Below are positions 28,701-36,660 of a stretch of 64,000 nt of DNA, one piece after another. The position numbers were made by a program, and so were the translations under genes. The stretch spans positions 28,024,001-28,088,000 of the forward strand of contig OZ336889.1 in assembly GCA_965287045.1 (NCBI GenBank). Reading direction: 5' to 3'. Position 1 is the stretch's first letter. Every line of letters starts with the position of its first letter. This DNA is from Carcharhinus amblyrhynchos (Eukaryota). A model generated the notes under the pieces. It ran no database searches and was not told the origin of the DNA. It saw only the letters and a program-made list of their open reading frames with translations.

Positions 28701-30257
28701 AGTTACTGTGAAAATCCCCTAGTCGGCACACTCCTGCACCTGTTTGGGTATACTAAGGGAGAATTTAGCATGGCTAATGCACTCAAGCAATACCTGCACA
28801 ATAATGCAGCAAAAATAGATTTACTTCCTTGGATGTCATTACACGCATTCAACTTTGGTTTTACACAGAAGTATACAATGTAACAACGTGTGGTGATAAG
28901 ATTTCGGAATTAAATAAGTGGTGGGAAGGAGAGTGAATCAGGAACATTGCCTCACACGCTCTGTTTGATACAGGATACGTCCAGTGGAAAACAAGCATTA
29001 AGCAACTTAATGTCTAACCATTTTGAATGTCAGAATAATCTGCAAAACATTTGATTTTGACAGGTAGTTGAAGGCCGCTTTTCTTGACTGGAGAACTTTG
29101 TGTTGCCTATCGGTAGAACTCAGGTCCACAAACACGGCAGAAAGCGTTTCAAATCAAAGACATTATCACTTCACCGATGTGAAGAGGTTTCGCTTTACAT
29201 ATACCTTACAATTACTGTACAAAAGTGCACTGAATCCAGAATTACAGCCTGGACCAGTTTTACTCCGTCTGATCAGTTCCGAGTCTTCACGCCCGATTTA
29301 CCACTCACTCGTTAAATCAACGGATGCTAACTTTGCAAAGTAAATGCGTCATGCCATAATCCTTATTGCAATAGTAGTGATTTACTACGACAGTTATCAG
29401 TATTACGACAGTAAACATTTAAGATTTTAAGAATCTTAAAAATATTTTGTATTACTTACAGATTGACCATAAACGGATAAATCAAAGTTATTTCGGTGCA
29501 GAAATAAATACTCTACAAGTGTAACAGAACGATTCAAAAGGATGCAAGTTTCAAAGCATCGGAATTTACAACCACTTCTGCACGAAGAAATCCAGTGCCG
29601 CAACTGTACTTCAAAATTAGCCCGAGTAAAAATTGTTCCAAACGGGGTGGTTTGAAGCCATGCAGCCAGCCACTCCGCAGGAAGCGGTAAAAATCCCTAT
29701 TCCCCGCCCCGCTCCATTTGTTTGCAGGCCAGGAGATTGCGTACTTCTGCTTCTAATGCCTGTGGTCGATCCGATTCCAGAGGAAACCGAAATGAAGAAG
29801 CTACAATGAGATGACTCGCAGGCCTATGTTCCGGGCCTATCCGGTGAAGCCAAGCCAAGAAGCAAAACCAAAACCAAAAAATCAGATTGTTAAAAAAAAC
29901 CCCTGGGTAACCGGGACCTAACAGGAGCAGAGTGAGAGCTTGCGGGCAGCCAGCGAACGCCGTTAAACGGCCGTTCTGCCCCGACTCCGTTACGCGGCCT
30001 CTCCGACACGAGCCAATCGCTCCCGAGGCGCCCCGTTTGATTTTTATGAGGCTCGTTTCCTTTCAACGAAAAAAAAGGATATTCTCCGCCTTCAGGCAAC
30101 CCACTCTCTCCTCGAATTCCAGCAGCTGCTTTCTCATCGTCTCCGCCTCGCCCGCATCTTCCGAGTCGCTGAAACGGACGTGAGAAGGCTTTGAATCCTC
30201 AAACTCCTCGAACAATTCGCGGTCCCCAAAATCCAATCCCACCCTCTCGGCGGCCAT
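6904..30257 (-). CDS. ZCCHC8: Zinc finger CCHC domain-containing protein 8 (NEXT complex scaffold), complete 14-exon gene, 2184-nt CDS / 727 aa
   Basis: Exons 30083-30257, 28223-28265, 27763-27837, 27552-27657, 27396-27473, 22922-23025, 21342-21407, 21168-21228, 19255-19385, 18684-18826, 17520-17644, 16381-16467, 9556-9676 and 6904-7772 join in phase with no stops. Recognised motifs: zinc knuckle CFNCGSTEHQLKDC, PSP region LPPFIYRMRRLGYPPGWL, C-terminal PDMSKFATGITPFE...LLKNSPRN. Confidence 0.97.
8190..8600 (-). mobile_element. Penelope-like element GIY-YIG remnant
   Basis: Minus-strand remnants YCIHCSQC...LRER..VEHLCSVCKHD. Confidence 0.6.
8900..9500 (-). mobile_element. L2-clade LINE fragment
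   Basis: Shares AAAAGCTTAGTCAAAG...TTTAAGGAGGA with the 44.4-kb copy. Confidence 0.55.
9556..9676 (-). CDS. ZCCHC8: ZCCHC8 exon 13 (PKYNTNKRSS...DMDIDS)
   Basis: TAG acceptor and GTACAA donor; DMxxDS motif; phase 0-1. Confidence 0.88.
13009..13604 (+). mobile_element. LTR-like element (probably solo LTR)
   Basis: Inverted termini TGTTAGGG...CCCTAACA; 3' part similar to 55390-55545. Confidence 0.65.
13700..15600 (-). mobile_element. Gypsy (Gmr1-like) LTR retrotransposon gag-protease relic
   Basis: Gag knuckle remnant KGHVKDECWKLKNK near 15.1 kb, protease VLTDTGLIQSLVL near 14.9 kb and VHLK...SGP...GVVPNLPV near 14.75 kb; many stops and frameshifts. Confidence 0.7.
16381..16467 (-). CDS. ZCCHC8: ZCCHC8 exon 12 (EWRQYGSIPMQSHHLKEYFAHQLAADYPT)
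   Basis: TAG acceptor and GTAAGT donor; EWRxxGSIPMQ motif. Confidence 0.93.
17179..17508 (+). mobile_element. HE1-type V-SINE (tRNA-derived head, V domain, CR1-derived tail)
   Basis: A-box TAGCACAGTGG; V domain TGTGTGGAGTTTGCACATTCTCC...GGGTGCTCCGGTTTCCTCCCAC. Confidence 0.88.
17520..17644 (-). CDS. ZCCHC8: ZCCHC8 exon 11 (DPSDSETE...YDTSKLIDYAGFN...QD)
   Basis: TAG acceptor and GTAAGC donor; YDxSKLxxYxGFN motif. Confidence 0.92.
18684..18826 (-). CDS. ZCCHC8: ZCCHC8 exon 10, PSP domain (ELKEALG...LPPFIYRMRRLGYPPGWL...SGLALYDGK)
   Basis: PSP-domain signature GYPPGWL; AG/GT boundaries. Confidence 0.95.
19255..19385 (-). CDS. ZCCHC8: ZCCHC8 exon 9 (PRDLARISEKRKEF...QQRYHAERFEKFKPGVIS)
   Basis: CAG acceptor and GTAAAA donor; conserved peptide. 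Confidence 0.94.
19802..20195 (+). mobile_element. SacSINE-like tRNA-derived SINE with L2-type tail
   Basis: tRNA-like head GCAGTGGCATAGTGG; core GTTCACTAATGTCCTTTAGGGAAGG...CCACAGCAATGTGG; A-rich end. Confidence 0.8.
21168..21228 (-). CDS. ZCCHC8: ZCCHC8 exon 8, CCHC zinc knuckle (PKPCCFNCGSTEHQLKDCPK)
   Basis: Cx2Cx4Hx4C motif; TAG acceptor and GTAAGA donor. Confidence 0.95.
21342..21407 (-). CDS. ZCCHC8: ZCCHC8 exon 7 (YQQVFAQVVSLDGQEVELKAKR)
   Basis: U12-like branch TTCCTGAAT plus AAG acceptor; GTACGT donor; in phase. Confidence 0.92.
21408..22921 (-). other. U12-type GT-AG intron (ZCCHC8 intron 6)
   Basis: 5' end GTATCCTG, branch-like TTCCTGAAT close to an AAG acceptor, no polypyrimidine tract. 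Confidence 0.8.
22922..23025 (-). CDS. ZCCHC8: ZCCHC8 exon 6 (VVGSVQYFTNFCLDKLGQPLLNENPQLTDGWEIPK)
   Basis: Highly conserved peptide; followed by U12-type donor GTATCCTG. Confidence 0.95.
25184..26023 (-). mobile_element. Young CR1 LINE insertion, internally deleted (end of ORF1 fused to 3' end of ORF2)
   Basis: ORF 25275..25856 is an intact ORF2 C-terminus (LYRALVRPQLEYC...RRMRGDLIETYK) with a TTCTTATG-type tail; 25942-26022 encodes DGVGLNRAGTRVLANRVKRTVDRALN*. Confidence 0.88.
27396..27473 (-). CDS. ZCCHC8: ZCCHC8 exon 5 (PSSVLLEEH...KEAFH)
   Basis: TTTTCAG acceptor, GTAAGT donor, phase 0-0. Confidence 0.92.
27552..27657 (-). CDS. ZCCHC8: ZCCHC8 exon 4 (QFHQEIEDFITGLV...SFNLKPQ)
   Basis: AG/GT boundaries, in phase, matches the ZCCHC8 N-terminal region. 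Confidence 0.93.
27763..27837 (-). CDS. ZCCHC8: ZCCHC8 exon 3 (KIVVSDSKTDGPMVQILFMNNNISK)
   Basis: CAG acceptor, GTAAGT donor, in phase. Confidence 0.93.
28223..28265 (-). CDS. ZCCHC8: ZCCHC8 exon 2 (NQELKRKLNLLTQPS)
   Basis: Preceded by U12 branch site TTTCCCTTAAC and AC acceptor; AG|GTAACA donor. Confidence 0.93.
28266..30082 (-). other. U12-type AT-AC intron (ZCCHC8 intron 1)
   Basis: 5' end ATATCCTTT, branch site TTTCCCTTAAC about 10 nt before the terminal AC; joining gives AE-NQELKRKL. Confidence 0.93.
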
Positions 30258-30440
30258 CTTGTCACTGAGCGGTCAGTGACGTCGATTGGAGAGGGGGTTA
30301 AAGGGCGGGGTTCAGAGTGCAAAGCGATTGTGACCTGGGCTGCTTCCATAGTGATGGAGGGGAACTGCCTGGCTTGAATCCGGCAGCTCTGCTTGTTAAC
30401 CAGGGATTATGATCGCTGCTGATATTCATGAGGTACCTGA
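29600..30440. promoter_or_regulatory. CpG island / bidirectional promoter of ZCCHC8 and the plus-strand gene
   Basis: High CpG density. YY1-like CGGCCATCTT at 30251-30260 overlaps the ZCCHC8 ATG; CRE-like TGACGTC at 30277-30283; inverted CCAAT at 30285-30289; GC box GGGCGGGG at 30303-30310. Confidence 0.8.
30083..30257 (-). CDS. ZCCHC8: ZCCHC8 exon 1 (MAAERVGLDFGDRELFEEF...CLKAE)
   Basis: ATG in AAGATGG context inside a CpG island; ends at U12 donor A|ATATCCTTT, phase 1. Confidence 0.95.
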
Positions 30441-31124
30441 GTCTCCATACACCGAACAAAGAGCTTTAGCAATGAAGTTCCTCGGGGTGTGGAGACCAAT
30501 TGCTGTGTGTGCTGAAAGAAATTGCGAGGAGCAAATTGTTTGAAACCCCGGTTAAATTTTCAAGCCAAAAAAATGAGTGAGTTCCTGGTAGGCCGCGGCT
30601 TCCTTGTTGATGAAGAGTAGACGCTCGCCTTTCTCCTTCAGATGCCGATCAACTTATTGCGCATTCCTACATTTACCAGTCCTGAGAAAGGGTCATCCAG
30701 ACTTGAAACTTTCTCTCTCCATAGGTGCTGTCAGACCTGTTGAGATTGTCCGGCATTTTTTTTTGTTTCCCTTTCAGATTCTAGCATCCGCAGCTTTTAT
30801 GAGTGAAATTCCGGTAGGCAGAGGCCACCTTGCTAATGAATGTCGGAGACACTCGCCTTTCTCCCTCAGATGCTGATCGGCCTGCCGCATATTTCAACAT
30901 TTACTAGCCCTGACGAAGGGTCATCCCAACTCGAAACGTTGGCTGTATTCTCGCTCCACAAATGCTGTAAGACCTGCTGACATTTTCCCAGCATTTTCTG
31001 GTTTGGTTCAACAGTCACCTCTTTCTTTTTACTTTTGAAGTGTCTCTCGGAATGGGAACTGGTTTTGTTATGGGATCTGAGTAATTCTATACCTCCAGAG
31101 GGATGTGACGAACATTGAACCACG

Positions 31125-31220
31125 ATGACTCTTGAACGTTATTCTGTGCGTTTGCCAGAATGGAGTGTGGGTCTCAGGAAAATCAGATTTGTATTCTTGA
31201 GTCCTCCTGATTCAGTTAAG
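31125..31220 (+). CDS. Uncharacterised gene, putative first coding exon (MTLERYSVRLPEWSVGLRKIRFVFLSPPDSVK)
   Basis: ATG downstream of a CCTCCAG acceptor (31098); AAG|GTGTGT donor, phase 0. Confidence 0.55.
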
Positions 31221-34200
31221 GTGTGTCAAGATTATCAGGTGGAGGTTGGTATTATTTAAATATTAAACTTGATTGTTATTTATGTAAAGTTCCAAAGTCT
31301 GTTTGGGTGATGAAACATTAGTCATAGAGTTTTCCAACAGAAAGAGACCTTTCAACCCATTGTCTGTGTTGTGCTGCTAACAAGCATCTATCTATTTCTA
31401 ATTCCATTCTCCAACACTTGGCCCGTAGCCTTGTATGATATGGGTTTGTAAATTCCTAATTCTTAAGTATCATTTACATTTCAAATAGGAGAGTATGATG
31501 ACAGCTTAATGTATGTCTGTACTATGAATTTAATTTATTAGAATACATTAAAAATCAAAGTTGAAATTTGAGAGTGCAAAGCAAAGGCTTAGAATAGATA
31601 TAGCATTGGATTCAGTAACCCTTGAAGTTCTCTTATTAAGGTTTATGAAAGCAGTTGATATCCTAATGCAGCAAGACCTGGATGATATCCAGGTTTGTGC
31701 TGTCAAGTGGCAAGGAACATCTGAGCAGGCAATGACTATCTCCAACAAGAGACAATTTAACCACCATCCCTTGACATTCAATGGCATTGCCATTGTTGAA
31801 TCCCTCACTGTCAACATCCTGGGGATTAGTATTGACCAGAAACTGAACTGAACTAGCCATACAAAATACTGTGGCAATAAGAAAAGGCCAGAGGCTAGGA
31901 ATCCTGTGGTGAGTAGTTCAACTCTAGACCTCCTGAAGCCTGTCCACAATGTACAAGACACAAATCTGGAGCGTAATGGAATACTCCCCCCTTGCCTGGA
32001 TGACTGCAGCTTCAAAAGCACTTGAAGCTTGACACCATCCAGGACAAATCATCTTGCTTAATTGCTACCCCTTCCACAAACATTCTATCCCTCTGCCACT
32101 GATGAACATTGGCAGCTGTTCACCACCAACTTCTCAAGGGAAATTAGGGATGGGCTAATAAATGCTGGCCTAGCCAGTGAAGGCAATATCCTTTGAATTA
32201 AGAAAAAGTTAGCAATTACCACTGAATGCATTATAGCAATGCAAATATGAATCATTGCTTGGTTGCTGTATTTGAGTAAATGAAATGTGAATTCAATCAT
32301 AAAAACTCTTTGTAGTCAGTGTTTGTTTCTTTATTTTTTGTGTAGTGTAAAGGGACAAAAGTGTAAATGTCAATCTTACTCAGCACTGTATAGATTTAAT
32401 GTCCAGACTAAACAAAATGGTTAAAAACTGCACAGGACAAAATAGTTTGTCAAAACAAAATTAAGAGCTAAAAGAAAAAATAAAGTCTTGCATTTATACA
32501 GCACCTTTCACAAACGGCACTTCACTGCTAATGTAGTACCTTAATTGAAATGTAGTCAATCTGTGCAATATCCCATAAGAAGCAATGTGATAATGATCAG
32601 ATAACCTGTAGTTCAGAAATAAAATCGGCCAGGACACAAGGGAAGACTCTACTATTTTAAAATATTGTCACGAGATTTTTTTTGCCTACTTGAAAGGGTT
32701 GTCAGGGCCTTGGTTTAATGTCTTATTCATGTGGCATTTGGAGTACGCTTGGAGTACCAGCCTAGATTTATGGTTCTCAAAACTTTTTTTAGTTGAAGGA
32801 CTAAGAAGAGTGCAGAAAAGATTTACTGGGATGCTAATGGGACTTGGTGGATTCAATTATAAGGAGAGGCTGAATAGACTGGGATTCTTTTCTCTTGAGC
32901 ATAGGAGGCTGAGGGGTGATCTTACAGAGATCTATAAAATAACGAGGGGTATAGACAAGATAGGTAGTCAATATCTTTTCCCAAGTTTAAAACTAGAGGG
33001 CATAGATTTAGGGTGAGAGGGAAAAGATACAAAAGTATCCAGAGGGGCAATTTCTTCACACAGAGGGTGGTGAGTGTTTGGAACAATCTGCCAGAGGTAG
33101 TATTAGAGGCGGGCACAATTTTTTTCTTTTAAAAAGCATTTAGATAGTTACATGGGTACGATGGATATAGAGGGATATGGGCCAAATGCGGGCAATTGGG
33201 ATTAGCTTAGAGGTTTCAAAAAAAAAGGACAGCATGAACAAATTGGGGCGAGGGGCTTGTTTCCATGCTGCAAACACTTGTGACTCTGTGACCCTTCTTA
33301 AATTCATTAGCAACCACGGCTTCAGCGTCTACATTTATAATGCTCATGATAAACTGATTGTATCCTTTGACACAGTTGACCACACCACTCTCCTTCAATT
33401 CCTCTCTACTGTTGTTCAGCTAGGTGGTACTGCAGCCACTTGGTTTCATTTTCAGTCACTCATAGACAGAGCATTACTTGCAATGACTCATGCTAGTTGA
33501 TCAGAAATCTACAAACCTACCTTGCTCAGGTATTGGATTATTAAGCCTTGGAGAGAATTATGTTATGATTGGGATGGGAGGGATGTGCATTTTATCTAGT
33601 CCAGACTCGTCCAAGTTTTTTTTGTTCAGGGGCCACGTTTACATACTTTCTCATTCAAGGGGCCGATAAGCAAGTTTCAGAAAGACAAGATTTTGCACAA
33701 AAGTAAACTGAATTTCAAAAAAAAAGTTAAGATTTGGGGAAAGAATCAATTGCATGAGCAAAAATACAGCAATGTCATAAGTTTAAAAACAAACGTAATA
33801 GAAATAACTAGCAGGTGAGAGGACTGCAGTCAGTGTATGTGAGTGCTTGTGTCGAATGAGTCAGAAACCTGAGACTGGGCAGGCTTCCATTCACCCGCAC
33901 AAACTCAGTCTTCCATTCCCTCTTTTGTGAACACCCACCCACCACATCTCTTGCACCCATCCATCCACTCACTCATTCACTCTCTTTGCCACATGCTCAC
34001 TCACTCTTTACCACCCCACCCACTCATTTGCTCTCTATCACACAGAATCATACTCTCCCATCCCTCAGACACGCTCACGCATTCTCTTTCCCATCCTCCA
34101 AACACACTCCCTCACCCACTCCCAAGCCCCAAGGATACTCTCCCACCTCCCCACATACTCACTCTTTCCTAGCCAGGTACTGTTAACCATTCTATCTCAG

Positions 34201-36622
34201 GCAAGGCAAGGAGAATGCAAGCTGGACAGCTTATCACTTTCTCAGTTCACTTCCAACTGAACTCAAAAATTCAGTTCAAAACAAATTCAAAGTTAAAACT
34301 CATCCCTGTCATGTGATTGACAGTGAATCACAAGCCTTTGCCTTTGAACCACTTGCTTCCCCCATCAATTAAAATAATTGTAGTGCAAAAAGCATACTAT
34401 TCTGCCTCTCTCAGGTACCAAGCTGGTCAGGTGATTATTTGAAAAACATTCTTACTCCCAATCCAAAGGTGAACTTGCGATTTTATTGATACAAAATCCA
34501 AGTGTCCAAATAATGAATTGTCTTTCCATATTTTAAAAGAAAATGTTAGCCTGAAAAATATTCTTACTGAAGTAATTGTTGTAATGAAACATGGTGCGTG
34601 GAAATCTAATTTAAAAAAAAACCAATATGGTCAATAGATTTTATGTCTAGTAAGACATTTACATGATTAAATTTTTCTTTCTCTCTCTCACTTTCAGGAG
34701 AGCTTGACCCCTCTTTTCCTTGGTGCTGACGTTGTTGCAAAAACTGGCATCCGTACTGAAAATCACCCGAGAATTCATGCAAAATTTGCAAAGAAAGGAT
34801 TAGCAACTAAGCTCAGCTTTAGTTCAGGTATTATATTAATTCTCATTTGAATCCAGTAGAATCTATAGGGCCATTCAAAAGAGTTTACCAATCATGTTCC
34901 CTTTGTCATCTTCACACATCTTTATTTAACAAAGTTTTCTAGATTTATCTTGTGTACTTCAATAAGATGCCCCAAATGCTTTGTTTCTAGTTTGAAACAT
35001 CAAAATTTCTCTTGTTTTGTTTTCATATTTCACATTCCCGAGACTAAGGATCAGCTATGTGGCTGTTCTCTGCAACATTTTCATGCCTTAAGTGCCTCTC
35101 TTTGTTTTGATGACCAGAACTAGATAGTTCTCAAGATGTAGTTTAACCCTGGTGCTATACATTTTTTTGGGTTTTTTTTTGTTTATTTATTAGTCACAAG
35201 TAAGTCTCACATTAACACTGCAATTAAATTATTGTGAAATTCCCTTAGTCGCCACACTCTGGCGCATCTTTGGGTCAAGCACCTATCGGCATGTCTTTCA
35301 GACTGTGGGAGGAAAGCAGAGCACCCGGAGGAAACCCACACAGACACGGGGAGAATGTGCAAACTCCACACAGCCAGTGACCCAAGTCAGGAATCAAACC
35401 CAGGTCCCTGGTGCTGTTAGGCATCAGTTCTAACCACTGTGCCACTGTGCCATTTGCTCATGACTGTCTTTGGTTTTCAATCAGCTATTTCATGACCAGT
35501 TGTATCTCTTTTACACGTCATTTCCCTGGCATGCTTTAGCTTTTACTGTGATTCCCCCATCTCTGATGATCGTCTCTGCTGTAACTGCCCTTGCTGTCCT
35601 TGACACCTGTAGATTGTCCACAGTGTTGATGGCAACCTTGTAATTGAGCTCTTTTTCATTTCTCTTTCACTTCTACTTATGATGTCTGAAAACATTGTTT
35701 TGCAGAATTTCGATTTGAAGGACTGAAGATTCCAACTGTGGTGAACAATTTGTGGTTTTACAGCGTTCAGGGACTATTTCGAGTTGCGTTTGAGATGTAC
35801 ACCAAAGAGCAACAGTTAGATGTCCTTCTTGTGCTTCAGGTACTGTTAGCATTTGAAAGAAACGTCAATTGTAAAAGAATTTTCAGCTATTTAGATTATG
35901 GCGAAAATGTATTATTTGGCATCATTATAATGCTTCATGTAATTGAACTTAAATGATAATTCCTTCTCCATTTGCTTTCTTAATGTGTATGCTGTGATTC
36001 AAAACCAATAGTATGTTACAATATTAAAGTTTAGTTTGAACCTATTAATTAAAATATTAGTGATAAATGTGTTCAGCTATAGGGAGAGAGTACAATGAGG
36101 ATCAGACTGGGTGATTGTGGGTTCAGACAGCCTTATCCAACCTTTTCACATTTCCATTTTCTTTTCACTCAAGGGACTGATGAACAAGTTTCAGAAAGAT
36201 CAGCAGAAACAGCAAGTGCTGAAAAATCTCAGCTGGTCTGACAGCATCTATGGGGAGAGAGTAGAGCCAATGTTTTGAGTCTAGATGACCCTTCATCTAC
36301 ACTCAAAATGTTGGCTCTATTCTTTACCCACGGATGCTGTCAGACTGCTCAGATTTTCCAGCATTTTATGTTTTTGTTTCAGATTTTAGCATCCATAGTA
36401 TTTTGCTTTTATTTCAGAAAGATAAGGTTTGGCACAACAGTAAACATGAACTTCAGAATAAAGTTGAGGTATGAAGAACAGCTTGCTGAGCAAAAGTAAA
36501 ACAATGAATGGATAATTTTAAAAAAAAGAGTAATTAATAAAGATCACCATTAGCATGTGAGAGGGACAGAGTCTGTTTGGTTCACTCCTAATCCCTTGAT
36601 GCTCACTTACTCACCCTCACCC

Positions 36623-36660
<38 letters not shown>

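Noticed and set aside
28971-28978. Extra U12-like donor GTATCCTG inside ZCCHC8 intron 1
   Set aside because: No matching upstream acceptor or exon could be supported; plausible by chance.
31489-31510. 22-nt exon-like segment (TAG|GAGAGT...TTAAT|GTATGT) in the unknown gene
   Set aside because: It contains a TAA in phase 0 and does not fit the reading frame; it could at most be a rare NMD exon.
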